Positions 14,861 to 30,907 are shown, numbered from the stretch's first letter. The stretch is 64,000 nt of DNA from the human T2T-CHM13v2.0 reference genome, Homo sapiens (GCA_009914755.4 CP086569.2:27072001-27136000), one strand, 5' to 3'. Numbers and translations: made by a program. The notes: generated by a model not told the origin, from the sequence alone.

Positions 14861-15001
14861 ATTTTTCTTGGTATATAAAAAAGGAAATGAACTTCAATGA
14901 CCTCAACAGAGATTTAGTTTAAACAGCAGAAAGGTCTTAAACCACGTTGTTGTCACTGCTATACAAGTGAAGTATTAAACAATCTTCTTTTGAAATCTTT
15001 A

Positions 15002-15505
<504 letters not shown>

Positions 15506-18106
15506 TTAGTATCGCTTATTCTTCAGCATTAATGATGAAACGTTTTAAGGTGATGGAAAAGTTCTATATCTTGATTTGGGTAGTGGTTATACTGGTACAT
15601 ACAAGTGTCAAAACCCAGCAAACAGTATATTTAAAATCTGTGCACTAATTGTAAATTATATTTCAGTTTAAAAAAACCAAGATATTAGAGTCTTGGGAAG
15701 AGATAACTTTAAAAATAATAGATATCATCATTCTTAAGGAGTGGACTAGGGAAGAGAAGGAAGCCAGCATGACCTCAATAGCAGATATAGTTTTATTGAA
15801 CTAAAAACCAAGAAGGGAAAGAGCTGCCCTGGCTTCTCAACTGTATCCATGCTGATTAGCTAATAGCACCATTTCAATAGAATGCCCTCTGCTTTAACTG
15901 GCTCATTTGTTGTTGCAGAGCTGAGTCAACTGTACTGCCTGAAGGATGAAAACGGAGCTGGGGTAGAGAGGTGGTCATAAGATGCTACTGATTGTCTTGA
16001 AATAGAAATGTAGGAATTTACACTAGGCCATGATCAGGCATGTGGCTCTGTAGGCCCATACAGATAATGGCATCGTGCCTGCTAGCATTAGGAGAGAGTG
16101 CTCAAGGGAGAAAAAAAGTTAAGAATTTAACTGAAAGAAATGAAACAAGCAAATATAAGACTTTTACAAAAAGGATGCCTCACCCTATGCTGATTCATTA
16201 TCGGCCTTTCTTCTTGCACTATTGGCGAGGCTGGAGATTGGCACTTGGAATATATTTCTTATAGCAACCTTAGCTTATCTGCATAAATTCAAATGTACCA
16301 GTCCACAGATAAGGGGCTGTTTATTCTTTCTGATTCACATTGTTGTTTTCTTGACACATGGTAAACACTAGTAGATGCCTTATGCAATTGGGTGTGTGGA
16401 GTATTTTTTAGTCTGACAAATGCCTTTCACATCAAACTGCAACGGTCTCTGCTTTTCTTCATACTTTCAAGTCAACAGTCCTAAAGTAAAATTCCCTAGG
16501 AAGTACTGCATCAAGATCATCTTAATTTTCCTTACTTGGTACCCTCTAGGCTAGGATTTTCCAGTGCCAAGGAGTTTAGAAAAGTAGAAAATAGAATTTT
16601 CACTGGCAAAAGACATTCTTATGACAACAAAGCCTTCCCTTTTGCAATTCCCTGGATTTAAATGGCCTACGTATGGATAATGTTCCATTTCAGTACTCTA
16701 TTCCTAAGTTATATATGCTTTGAGTTATAATTCCCCAAAGGAACTTTCCTATATTCACTCTTCCTATCTCCAAAAGCCTTTCCAAGCCCCTTGAAGAAAC
16801 TAAGAGTTGCTGTAATTCATACACGTACACACATGCATACACTCTTGCCCCAAGGAACCTCTATATACTATTTCCACACCTCATAGCTTGCCTTTATGAA
16901 ATAGCCCCAGCTTCAGCCAAGGGCAGGCAATTCTCACCTATGTCACCATTAGTCATTAAAGGCACTACTTTCTGGAAGGCTACTATTGTCTGTTTTGGAT
17001 CTAGACAAAAATATAGGCAGATCAATGACAATATATTATTTATATCTTCTCTGCTAAAGATGAGTTAGATGTTAATTTTCAGTACAGGTTATCAAATATA
17101 CTCTGAGAACATACTTCCAATAAGTTGTAGGATACGATACAAAACGTCATCTTTTTACATAATTTCAATAGAAAAGCACATGTATTTCAATTAATTTAGT
17201 CAAAACCAAATTCCTTACTTCTTGGAAAACAGTACTGAAAAGAAAACCACCACCAATCTTGTCTGAGTGGCTTACAGGAGCCTCGAGTGTCTTCAGAAAA
17301 GCTGAACTTAGGCCTTTCACTGCAGGGAAGAGTTGGATGTCAGGCCTTAAAAGGCGAGAGTTATATAAGATGCCAGATGTTTAATCTTATCTCAAAGTCA
17401 AATATAAACGACTTGGGGACTGTCTGATGTTTTACATTCTCCACATTTATGTCCCTCTCTATTAGTGTGGATCCAAAAAGGAACTGGTATCACTCTTCAC
17501 TTTTCATTCAAAGATTTCAAAGTACTTCATATAATCCAATGACATAGTCACAAGAGAGAAAATGATGGATCCTATAACAGTGTGAAAGACTGGCAGCAGG
17601 CATAGAAAAATGTAGGAAACTGGTTCAAGAGTATAGGCATTGTTACACCACATGAGAAAATAGTACCATAAACTAATACCTGCTCCATCTCTTAGAGGAA
17701 TGTCTATCTCCAAACTCCCTCTCAACTAAAATCTGCATAAGTCTTGCCCTTTCTTCTACTAAAATTACATACAAGAGCAAGACTGTGCTCTCAAGAGACA
17801 TGCCTCACTGGCTTGTCACTTACCCATGTTTCTTTGACCTCTTCAGAGCCATCAGTTTCATCCTCCTAAAAAAGAAAAGGGAAGAAAATCAAGAGGCTCA
17901 TCATCACAGACATCCTTGAAAACAACAAGGTCAGATCCCATCAATTATGCATCTTGGCATTTCAAACATGGGCAATGAGAATTGACTTCCAAGTGATGCT
18001 CTGTTACTGCTACTTTTCACAGCCATCACAGGCAGGCAACTTAGAAATGTCACCTGTAGTCTAAAAAGTCAAATCGACCACAGTTGGTAAAGGGATATCT
18101 TTAAGA

Positions 18107-18131
18107 CAGACAGACAGACAGACAGACAGAC
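18107..18131. repeat. (GACA)6 microsatellite
   Basis: 'GACAGACAGACAGACAGACAGACAGAC'. Confidence 0.85.
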
Positions 18132-19923
18132 TTAATTTCATCTTTGTCAATACTTATCAGTCAATTTGGCCCTAAAACAATGAAATATTTTTATCTAAAA
18201 ATAATTTATAATGGATGACTATTACTGTCTCATTTCTTGTCTCACTGAATAAAGTGTGTCCAATTTTCAAAGGAGTCATTGGTAGGCAGGGTCATCTTGT
18301 CCAAGTTATTGGCCACTTGTTCTTTAAAATGCCAATAACAAGGTTGAATGAGGCTACAGAACAAGATATGGAAGAGGATGAATGGAACTACTGAATGAGT
18401 ATTTGTAGTTAGTAAACATTGGCATATCTGTCTTTATTTTAAAGCCAAAGTTCATCTATTTTATGTTATTTGTTCCACTTTTTCTCCAAAACAGTAAAAC
18501 TAAGTGAACTTGTATTACTTAGAGGTTTTAAGTTCCTTGAACTTCTTGTAGTACTCCTACAATATTTAGTTAGAATCTGCTCATATGTGGCGTTAAGATA
18601 TTGTTGACTCACTACATGACATTCAGGAAATATTAGGAAGGACTACTAAAACTCAACAAGCTTATTCATTTGTTAATATTTGTTTATATGGCTGTTGTAC
18701 ATTTCCAGTTTTTTAATTCTTTGCCAATTATTTACTGAGTGCCTGCCATGTGCTTAGTTAGCACTGTACTAGATACTGGGAATCTAGCCGGAACATACCA
18801 AATGAGTCCCACACTAGTTAGGTCTTTCTTCTCTTTTCCTCAGTAATACTTCCTGAGAAACTGCAAGATTCATGGCACCATGAAGGACTCTTTCTTTTAA
18901 ACTCAACTGTAAGAATGGTGACCAAGAGTAATACGATATGCCTCAGCACAGACAAATCTACTTACATCCTTTGACCAGAAATTGATGTCTGTGCCTCTTC
19001 ATCGTTCCTTGGGCCACCTCCTCTCTTGGACAGACAGCCTCTTAGAGGACTGCTCATCCAAATCTGCTTCTTCATTCTCTGGCCAGAGATAAAATAAAGT
19101 ATGAACTTTAAGAATCTGCGGGATGTGCACTGTGGAGGGGCCTGTGTCTTTTGAAGCTCTACATACCATTTTTGTCCATTTCCTTTGCAGTTGTAGTGTT
19201 TGTGGTAGTCTTTGAACTCTCAGAATCAGGGACTGAAAATCTATTTGTCCATAGCAGGTGGGAACTGGTGTAGAGTGAGGGTCTTGATGTAGAAGGAGAT
19301 GCTGGCGTGGTGGGTTTGTCTGGCTGAGCTGGGCACCTCAGGTGATGACAGATAGGCTGGAAATAATCCACAACATGAGATATTAGAAATCAAGTCCATC
19401 TAAAGAGTAAGGACAGCAGGTTTATACAAAATGTTTTTTTTTCTATATTAAGAGGCTTTTGAGGAGATGATGATCAATATTGAGTACCTGGTAATAGGTA
19501 CTCAATAAATGAACTAAGCTAAAGTTAGTTAATTAGACAGAAAAAAAAAACAGCTTCTAGACTCCTACTCTGAGAATCCCATCATGTTGAGAACAGTTCA
19601 AGCAAATTATTCATCAATTAACCAAAGGGTACTAGATAGCATTAACCATGTAAAAAATTCCTTTGATCTTGGAATGAAAATAAGAATGATGGCCTTTTTA
19701 AGATGGAGGGCTGAAAGGCAAGGTTTATGTAGGGAAACAAAAAGATCAGGAGCATGAAGAAGCAAAAAGTAGGGATTACTTGAGAACAGAGAACAAATGT
19801 GATAATCCTACCGAGTTCTGAATACTCTACCACCTTGCCATAACCAGGCTTACTGAAACTTTCTAAAGTTCCCATTTTCCTTTTTGTAGTTTTGTTTTGT
19901 TGTTGTTGTTCTATTTTCTTTTC

Positions 19924-20012
19924 TTTTTTTTGAGATGGAGTCTTGCTCTGTTGCCCAGGCTGGAGTGCAACGGTGCAATCTTGGCTCACTGCAACCTCTG
20001 CCTCCTGGGTTC
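19924..20012 (-). mobile_element. Alu fragment (right arm, minus strand)
   Basis: 'TTTTTTTTGAGATGGAGTCTTGCTCTGTTGCCCAGGCTGGAGTGCAACGGTGCAATCTTGGCTCACTGCAACCTCTGCCTCCTGGGTTCAAGCAATTCT'. Confidence 0.7.
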
Positions 20013-20189
20013 AAGCAATTCTGGTCTATTGTGGTCTTTTTTTTTTTTTAAACCTGAGAGTTAGGACAGATAGAGCCTAACAATAAGACTTAACTTGGTT
20101 TATGGAAGACTCAGAGATAGATAAATCCTTACTACACATTAAATTTATGACATAGAGATTGTACACATTTTTGTGATTTATAAAGACAT

Positions 20190-20425
20190 AATACAATAAA
20201 ATGTAGTAAATTTGGAGTCAGACAGATCTTTGTTCAAATTCTAGCTTCAGCATTACTAGCTGTGACCTTGAATAAGTTACTTAGCTTCTCTGGGCCATAA
20301 CATCCTCATCTATAAAACAGAGATAACACCTTCTTCAGAGAAGATTATGAGGATTAAATTAAGAAAATGTGCATTAGGTGCTTAGAAGAATACCTGGTAA
20401 TAGGTACTCAATAAATAGTAGCTTA
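20190..20425 (+). mobile_element. MIR SINE (near full length)
   Basis: '...ATTACTAGCTGTGACCTTGAATAAGTTACTTAGCTTCTCTGGGCCATAACATCCTCATCTATAAAACAGAGATAACACC...ATTATGAGGATTAAATTAAGAAAATGTGCATTAGGTGCTTAGAAGAATACCTGGTAATAGGTACTCAATAAATAG' follows the MIR consensus ...CTGTGTGACCTTGGGCAAGTTACTTAACCTCTCTGAGCCTCAGTTTCCTCATCTGTAAAATGGGGATAATAATA...GTTGTGAGGATTAAATGAG...CAATAAATG. Confidence 0.6.
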
Positions 20426-20769
20426 TAAAACAAACAAAATACAAAATAGAACTTCAGTTTATGGAATCTAGCCATTCAGAGTCAAAGCAAGGAGATTCCT
20501 TTCTTCTATAACCACAGTGACCATAACATTTATCAGTCCAAACGGGGACACTTTTGATAATGCAAAGGAGTGGTAATGATAATTACATAAAGTCAACAGT
20601 TGTAATTGGAACCATCTTAGGTAAACCAGGAGTTATGTTCACCCTAAATATAAACTTATACCTTTGACTACCAACTCCACTAGAGAAATGAAACGTAAAT
20701 AAAAATGTCCCTCCCAACAGTGACACTCATGAGTGCTGTGTAAGCCCCTTAGGTTTATAAGAGTTTGAA

Positions 20770-21040
20770 AAACAATACACTAGTAGTTAAGAGAGCAAGC
20801 TGTGGAGTCAGACTGCCTATGTTCAAACTCTGGCTTAACCACTTCTTGGCTATGTGAAATGGGCAAATTCCTTAACCTCTGTGATTCAATTTCCTCATAT
20901 ATAAAATAGAAATAGTAATATTTACCTCAGAGAGTTGTTATGAGGATTAAATGCATTAATACATGAGAAGTACTTAAAATAGTGCCTGGCATAAAGTAAG
21001 CACGTATTGAGTAAAGTAAACACTCAATATATGCTTATAT
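20770..21040 (+). mobile_element. MIR SINE
   Basis: 'GAGTCAGACTGCCTATGTTCAAACTCTGGCTTAACCACTTCTTGGCTATGTGAAATGGGCAAATTCCTTAACCTCTGTGATTCAATTTCCTCATATATAAAATAGAAATAGTAATATTTACCTCAGAGAGTTGTTATGAGGATTAAATGCATTAATACATGAGAAGTACTTAAAATAGTGCCTGGCATAAAGTAAGCACGTATTGAGTAAAG'. Confidence 0.6.
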
Positions 21041-23149
21041 TTTTATTTGCATTTTGTTATACTATGACCTCTCCTTTTAGACTAGAAGGGCATTTATTCA
21101 AAAGCATCTGAGAGCATCAGTGAACTCTCAGAAGAAAAAAATGGTCATTTAAGGACCGACATCCTCTAAATTTTTGTCACACAGGTTTGCAAACTAAAGA
21201 CAGCCATACTGAGTGAGTTGTCCATTGCAAGGTAGAACACAGCCTTTGAACTACCAGTGAAGAAGATACTCCCCAAACTAATTACCCTGCTTTTAGCACA
21301 TTACATGCGAGCAAAAATGAGCTCACCTCTTCATCCAGACTCCTGCCCCAGGGCTGCTGGCCCTCCCCAGCTTCTGTTGCAGGAACTGCTTAGGTCTCAT
21401 GCTTCTCAGGGCTCCCCTCAAGCCCTTCAGTGTCTGTAGGCTTCTCACGAGGCTGCTCCTGAGCTTGCCTCTCTGCCCTCGACTGGCTGAATGTCCTTTC
21501 TGCTTCTTGAAGGTCTGCTAGGGTGACACCCTGGGAAAATATCACAAGATCAGGGCTGTTTCACACTAACCATGGAATAACTCTTCATTGATCAGAAGTA
21601 TTCCCAAAAAGATCTAATAGTTGTCAAATTCCAAAATGAAGCCCCTCAAAATGCATAATGAGGCCACTTCAAGCAATATATGCTTAAAATAAGCATCTCA
21701 GTGTACAAAGAACCCGGGCCTGAGTCTAGGTACATTTTAAATGTAATACTTTCTTTTTTCTGGTTTGATCTCCAGAAAACAGGTCAACATTGATGTCTGC
21801 CTGTTATAGATGTACTTTTCCCATACCAAATAGTTCTCAGTATCTTTATTTGAAAGGTCTCTACCCTCCCAAGATCAAATGGTTACCAACAGAGATTCCC
21901 TAAACAGCAGATACCGGGAAAAAAAATTCACTTAAAAAAAGAAAAACCTGGCTCAACAAGATGAAAATTCAGAGCTAGGCTATGATAACAACAACATAAC
22001 CTCTTAAAACTCCTAGACTAGCTTTTCTTTAATATGAATTCCCAAGTAACTCTAGGAATCATATAGGGATATTCCAACAATTAATGCTCCCCCCCGCAGT
22101 GTCACAGGGGCAGCAAGACAGAAGAAAGGCAAATGATGACAAAACTACAGGAGAAGAGAGAAAAGGAGTTTAGAAAGAGCATGAGCTGATTCCAACTCAA
22201 GTAGTTATGTGCATGAGTCCTCAGAAGAAGGAAGTTCCAAAGCTGGAAGGTAGTTGATCAGGCACTGTATCCACAGCTTGCTTCCCCTCCCCACCCCCAG
22301 CTTTTTTACTATTAATTCATTTACTTACTCATTCTGTTAATAAAGAATTAGGTGTCTTTAGGCACTAGAACTACAAAGACAAATCCAATGGTTACTGTCA
22401 AGAACCTTTTATTCTAGCAGAAAAGATGTAAGAAAACAGATGAGTATAATGAGAGAATGTAAGTATTAAAACAGAAACACAAGAGTATATAAGAGGAATA
22501 TCGAACACTGGGTTTTAAAGAGTAAAAAGAACTTGGGTAGGGGGAGGGAGAAAAGGCATTATAGGTAGAGGGATCCTGTACAAAGATATGGAAACGAGAG
22601 AGGCCATGGATGATTTAGGAATCTGCAGGTAACTTAGCAAAGATGAAGCCCACAACAAAAAAAGGAAAGTTGGAAGAGAGAGAGAGAATGAGGATAGGTG
22701 ATTTTAAGAAAGCAGGCAGAGGCTAGGTCATAATAGATTTTGTAAGCTATGCTAAGAAGCTTAGATTTTACTTTCTTTGGGAGTTGGTGGTCCCTTTGAG
22801 AATCTCATGAAGACTACTGAGAATCTAATAAAATCTCCTCAAAAATTATGTACACATTTCAAGGAGTTCAAAGATCTATTCAAGTTTTGACATGGACCTT
22901 CACTCCCTCTCTGCTGAATCTTTCCCTCTAAGACGTTTCCATGTTCCTGTCTCTCCCACCTTCAATTCTATGCCCCTCTCCGGCAACTTCCCTATCTTCT
23001 CCCATTCCTTCATAAACAAACTTGAAATCATTCCACAGCAATTTATCTTCCCCTATCATTTATTTCTCACTCATTTATTTATTCAATAAATATATATTGA
23101 TTTATTTACTGTATGATGGTGGAAAAGATGAGCAAAAGTATAGTCAGTC

Positions 23150-24130
23150 TTCTTTTTCACACCCATTAGGATGGTTATTACCAAAAAAAACAGGCTGGGC
23201 ATGGTGGCTAACACCTGTAATCTCAGCACCTTGAAAGGCCAAGGTGGGTAGATCACTTGGGGTCAGGAGTTCAAGACCAGCCTGACTAACATGGTGAAAC
23301 CCCATCTCTACTAAAAATACAAAAATTAGCCAGGTGTGGTGATGGGCGCCTGTAATCCCAGCTACTTGGGAGGCTGAGGCAGTAGAATTGCTTGAACCCT
23401 GAGGCAGAAGTTGCAGTGAGCCAAGATCACACCATCGCACCCCAGCCTGCGTGACAAGAGCAAACAACAACAACAACAACAAAAATATTGGTGAGGATAT
23501 GGAAAAATTAGAACCCTTGTGCACTGCTGATGGGAACATAAAATGGTACAGCCGCTAAGGAAAACAGTATGGCAGTTCCTCAGAAAATTAAAAATTGAAT
23601 TACCATATGATCCAGCAAATTCCATTTCTCAGTATATACTGAAAAGAATTGAAAGCAGGGTTTCAGGGAGATATTTGTATAGCCATTCTCATAGCAGCAT
23701 TAAACAGCCAAAAGGTGGAAGCAACCCAATGTCTACTGACAGATGAATGGATACACAAAATGCAGTATCCATAAAAGGCTGAAATATTCATCCTTTAGGA
23801 GGGAGGAACTCTGACACATGCTACAATATGGATGAACCCTGATAACTATGCTAAGTAAAATACGACACAAAAGGACAACTACTATATGATTCTACTTATT
23901 TGAGGTTCCTAGCATAGTCAAGTTCATAGACAGAAAGTGGAAGCAGCATTGCCAGAGGGAAATGGGGAGTGATTATTTAATGGATACAGAGTTTCAGTTT
24001 GGGAAGAGGAAGAAAGTTCTAGAGATGAATGGTGGCGATAGTTATACAACAATATAAATGTACTTAATGCCATTAAACTGTAAACTTAAAAATGGTAAAA
24101 CTGGTAAGTTTTATGTTACATATATTTCAC
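23150..24130 (+). mobile_element. Old LINE-1 (L1MB/L1MC-type) 3' end, interrupted by an Alu
   Basis: '...CACCCATTAGGATGGTTATTACCAAAAAAA' (L1 'TPIRMAIIKK' region) resumes after the Alu with '...GAAAAATTAGAACCCTTGTGCACTGCTGATGGGAACATAAAATGGTACAGCC...GAATTACCATATGATCCAGCAAATCCCATTTCTCAG...' and ends with the typical old-L1 tail '...GGAAATGGGGAGTGATTATTTAATGGATACAGAGTTTCAGTTTGGGAAGAGGAAGAAAGTTCTAGAGATGAATGGTGGCGATAGTTATACAACAATATAAATGTACTTAATGCCATTAAACTGTAAACTTAAAAATGGTAAAACTGGTAAGTTTTATGTTACATATATTTCACCACAATAAAAC'. Confidence 0.7.
23193..23487 (+). mobile_element. Alu SINE inserted into the old L1 3' end
   Basis: 'GGCTGGGCATGGTGGCTAACACCTGTAATCTCAGCACCTTGAAAGGCCAAGGTGGGTAGATCACTTGGGGTCAGGAGTTCAAGACCAGCCTGACTAACATGGTGAAACCCCATCTCTACTAAAAATACAAAAATTAGCC...' with a (CAA)n/A-rich tail to about 23487. 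Confidence 0.9.
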
Positions 24131-24854
24131 CACAATAAAACAAAACAAAAAAACAGTCAGTCTTGGTTCTCTTAGGGGTTACATTCTAATGGAGGAAACA
24201 GACAAATAATCATCAAGTACAAATAAAGGAAGAATACATGACCTACTTTGGGAGAGTCAAGAAAGACAACAAGGGTGTTTTTGCTGCCATATATAATGTC
24301 TCTTTTCCAGTGGTAAAATTTGCTACTTGACCTCTGTAGTATTTAAAACTGTGGAACTTCTCCTTTTCACTGGAAATGGACTTTTCATTCACTTCCATGC
24401 TGCTACTATTTTCTGATTTTCTTTTCAACTGCTCCTGCTGCTTCTTTTCATTCTGTTTCATGGGCTTATCTTTCTTTGCTTCTTTAAATAACAAATTCAT
24501 AGCCTTCTCTCAATTTTCACTGCCATTACAACTTGATTTCATACCCTTGTAATTTCCTGGGACTACAATACAACTTGGACTACAATACAGTTCCCAGCAA
24601 GTCTTCTTGCTTCCAGGCTTGGCAAACATACCTCTACCTACCATTCCCATCAATTATCTGCAGGGTGATTTTTCTAACCTATAATGTAGACTATATCATA
24701 TTCCCTTAAACTGCTTCAATGACTCCTTCAGGGATTCCTTTTGTAACATCTTTATTAAAATACAATCCTCATATCATAATCACCATTTGAAAGTATACAA
24801 TTCCTTGGTGTTTAGTTTATTCACAGAGTTATAAAATTATCACATCTAATTTCG

Positions 24855-25300
24855 TAATTTTCATCACCCCAAAAAGAAACCGCGTACTCACCATTCTGCC
24901 TTCCCCCCAGCCCTGGCACTAATCTAATTTCTGTCTCTTTGGATTTGCCTATTTGGGACATTTCATATAAATGGAATCATATAATATATGGAGTGTTTTG
25001 TGTCTGGCCTTTTTTAACTTAGCATAATGTTTTCTTAAGGTTCATCCATGTTGTAACATGTATCAGTACTTCATTTTTTTTATTGCCAAATAGTATGGAT
25101 TTATCACATTTGGTTTACCCATTCATTAGTAAATAGACATTTGGCTTATTGTTACTTTTTGGCTATTATGAATAATACTATTACAAACACCTATATACAA
25201 GTTTTTATATGAACATATGTTTTCATTTCTCTTGAGTAGAACTGCTGAGTCAAATGGTAACTCTAAGTTTAAAATTTTGAGGAATTGCCAAACTCTTTTC
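24855..25300 (-). mobile_element. Old LINE-1 (L1M-type) 3' end fragment, minus strand
   Basis: Reverse-complement match to the old-L1 ORF2 tail: '...GCATAATGTTTTCTTAAGGTTCATCCATGTTGTAACATGTATCAGTACTTCATTTTTTTTTATTGCCAAATAGTATGGATTTATCACATTTGGTTTACCCATTCATTAGTAAATAGACATTTGGCTTATTGTTACTTTTTGGCTATTATGAATAATACTATTACAAACACCTATATACAAG...GAGTAGAACTGCTGAGTCAAATGGTAACTCTAAGTTTAAAATTTTGAGGAATTGCCAAACTCTTTTCC'. Confidence 0.6.
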
Positions 25301-25557
25301 CCTTACGGATTCTTAAAATGTAGTAGGGATATAGGGATGTATAGGGATTCTTAAGGTCTTTAAGCACAAGTGAAATAATTAATCCTGTGAAGGAAAAGAG
25401 ATAAACCTGTTCTAAGCCTGGAGGAATATTGGTGAAATGGGTAGATGTAGATGTAAATTCATTTGGTTCTATGTAGTATAAGATTCAACACAGTGAAAGC
25501 TTTTAAGACTGGCTGGAATAGGGCAGTCATTTTTATGTGTGTGTTTTGCTTTGTCTT

Positions 25558-25859
25558 GTTTTTTTGAGATGGAGTCTCGCTCTGTCACGCAGGAGGGCAG
25601 TGGAGCAATCTTGGCTCACTGGAACTTCTTCTGCCTCCCAGGTTCAAGCAATTCTCCCACCTCATCCTCCCAAGTAACTGAAATTACAGGCACACACCAC
25701 CATGCCTGGCTAATTTTCATATTTTTAGTAGAGACAGGGATTCACCACGTTGGCCAGGCTTGTCTTGAACTCCTGACCTCAAGTCAGGAATGCTCTTGGT
25801 CTCAACTCCTTGGCCTCACAAATTGCTGGGATTACAGGTGTGAGCCACCATGCCAAGCC
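25558..25859 (-). mobile_element. Alu SINE, minus strand
   Basis: 'TTTTTTTGAGATGGAGTCTCGCTCTGTCACGCAGGAGGGCAGTGGAGCAATCTTGGCTCACTGGAACTTC...GGATTACAGGTGTGAGCCACCATGCCAAGCC'. Confidence 0.9.
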
Positions 25860-25886
25860 GTGTGCGTGTGTGTGTGTCTGTGTGTT
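25860..25886. repeat. (GT)n dinucleotide microsatellite
   Basis: 'GTGTGCGTGTGTGTGTGTCTGTGTGT' between the Alu 5' end and the L1 target site. Confidence 0.8.
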
Positions 25887-25925
25887 TAAATCAGCAGTTG
25901 AACATGGATATTGCAGTGTGTTTTG

Positions 25926-26963
25926 GGACTAGAGCCAAGATGGCCAAATAGGAACAGTTCCGGTCTACAGCTCCCAGCACGAGCGACACAGAAGACGGGG
26001 GATTTCTGCATTTCCATTTGAGGTACCGGGTTCGTCTCACTAGGGAGTGCCAGATAGTGGGTGCAGGACAGTGGGTGCAGCGCACCGCACGCCAGCCGAA
26101 GCAGGGCGAGGCATTGCCTCACTCGGGAAGCTCAAGGGGTCAGGGAGTTAGTTCCCTTTCCTGGTCAAGGAAAGGGGTGACAGACGGCACCTGGAAAATT
26201 GGGCCATTCCCACCCAAATACTGCGCTTTTTCGATGGGCTTAGGAAACGACGCACCAGGAGATTATATCCCGCACCTGGCTCCGAGGGTCCTAAACCCAC
26301 GGAGTCTCGCTGATTGCTAACACAGCAGTCTGAGATCAAACTGCAAGGTGGCAGTGAGGCTGGCGGAGGGGCGCCCGCCATTGCCCAGGCTTGCTTAGGT
26401 AAACAAAGCAGCCTGGAAGCTCGAACTGGGTGGACCCCACCACAGCTCAAGCAGTTCTGCCTGCCTCTGTAGGCTCCACCTCTGGGGGCAGGGCACAGAC
26501 AAACAAAAAGACAGCAGTAACCTCTGCAGACTTAAATGTCCCTGTCTGACAGTGTTGAGGAGAGCAGTGGTTCTCCCAGCAGGCAGCTGGAGATCTGAGA
26601 ACAGGCAGACTGCGTCCTCAAGTGGGTCCCTGACCCCTGACCCCCGAGCAGCCTAACTGGGGGGCACCTCCCAGTAGGGGCAGACTGACACCTCACACAG
26701 CCGGGTACTCCTCTGAGACAAAACTTTCAGAGGAACGATCAGACAGCAGCATTAGAGGATCACGAAAATCCGCGGTTCTGCAGACACCGTTGCTGATACC
26801 CAGGCAAACAGGGTTTGGAGTGGACCTCTAGCAAACTCCAACAGACCTGCAGCTGAGGGTCCTGTCTGTTAGAAGGAAAACTAACAAACAGAAAGGACAT
26901 CCACACCAAAAACCCATCTGTACATCACCATCATCAAAGACCAAAAGTAGATAAAACCACAAA
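25926..26963 (+). promoter_or_regulatory. L1 5'UTR: internal sense Pol II promoter (YY1 motif near the 5' end) and presumed antisense promoter region
   Basis: The YY1-type motif 'AAGATGGCC' at 25938-25946 corresponds to the conserved site at the L1 5' terminus. The region is markedly CpG-richer than its flanks, e.g. 'CGCACCGCACGCCAGCCGAAGCAGGGCGAGG'. Promoter function is inferred from established L1 biology, not from this sequence alone. Confidence 0.55.
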
Positions 26964-27981
26964 GATGGGGAAAAAAACAGAGCAGAAAAACTGGAAACTC
27001 TAAAAAGCAGAGTGCCTCTCCTCCTCCAAAGGAACACAGTTCCTCACCACCAATGGAACAAAGCTGGAGGGAGAATGACTTTGATGAGTTGAGAGAAGAA
27101 GCCTTCAGACGATCAAACTACTCTGAGCTACAGGAGGAAATTCAAACCAAAGGCCAAGAAGTTAAAAACTTTGAAAAAACTTTAGATGAATATATAACTA
27201 GAATAACCAATACAGAGAAGTGCTTAAAGGAGCTGATGGAGCTAAAAGCCAAGGCTCGAGAACTACGTGAAGAATGCAGAAGCCTCAGGAGCCGATGCGA
27301 TCAACTGGAAGAAAGGGTATCAGTGATGGAAGATGAAATGAATGAAATGAAGCGAGAAGGGAAGTTTAGAGAAAAAAGAATAAAAAGAAACGAACAAAGC
27401 CTCCAAGAAAAATGGGACTATGTGAAAACACCAAATCTACGTCTGATTGGTGTACCTGAAAGTGATGGGGAGAATGGAACCAAGTTGGAAAACACTCTGC
27501 AGGATATTATCCAGGAGAACCTCCCCAATCTAGTAAGGCAGGCCAACATTCAGATTCAGGAAATACAGAGAACACCACAAAGATACTCCTCGAGAAGAGC
27601 AACTCCAAGACACATAATTGTCAGATTCACCAAAGTTGAAATGAAGGAAAAAATGTTAAGGGCAGCCAGAGAGAAAGGTCAGGTTACCCACAAAGGGAAG
27701 CCCATCAGACTAACAGCTGACCTCTCCGCAGAAACTCTATAAGCCAGAAGAGAGTGGGGGCCAATATTCAACATTCTTAAAGAAAAGAATTTTCAACCCA
27801 GAATTTCATATCCAGCCAAACTAAGCTTCATAGGTGAAGGAGAAATAAAATACTTTACAGACAAGCAAATGCTGAGAGATTTTGTCACCACCAGGCCTGC
27901 CCTAAAAGAGCTCCTGAAGGAAGCACTAAAAATGGAAAGGCACAACCGGTACCAGCTACTGCAAAATCATGCCAAAATGTA
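26964..27981 (+). pseudogene. L1 ORF1 (ORF1p RNA-binding chaperone) remnant, disrupted
   Basis: Canonical start 'ATGGGGAAAAAAACAG' at 26964, but the A-run has 7 A versus 6 in the consensus as I recall it. The frame then hits TAA within 13 codons, and the reported ORF restarts at the internal Met at 27053. A second lesion, 'CTC TAT AAG' (CAA>TAA) at 27740-27742, truncates about 80 C-terminal residues. The original stop 'ATGTAA' is at about 27979-27981. Confidence 0.85.
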
Positions 27982-28045
27982 AAGACCATTGAGACTAGGA
28001 AGAAACTGCATCAACTAACGAGCAAAATCACCAGCTAACATCATA

Positions 28046-30907
<2,862 letters not shown>

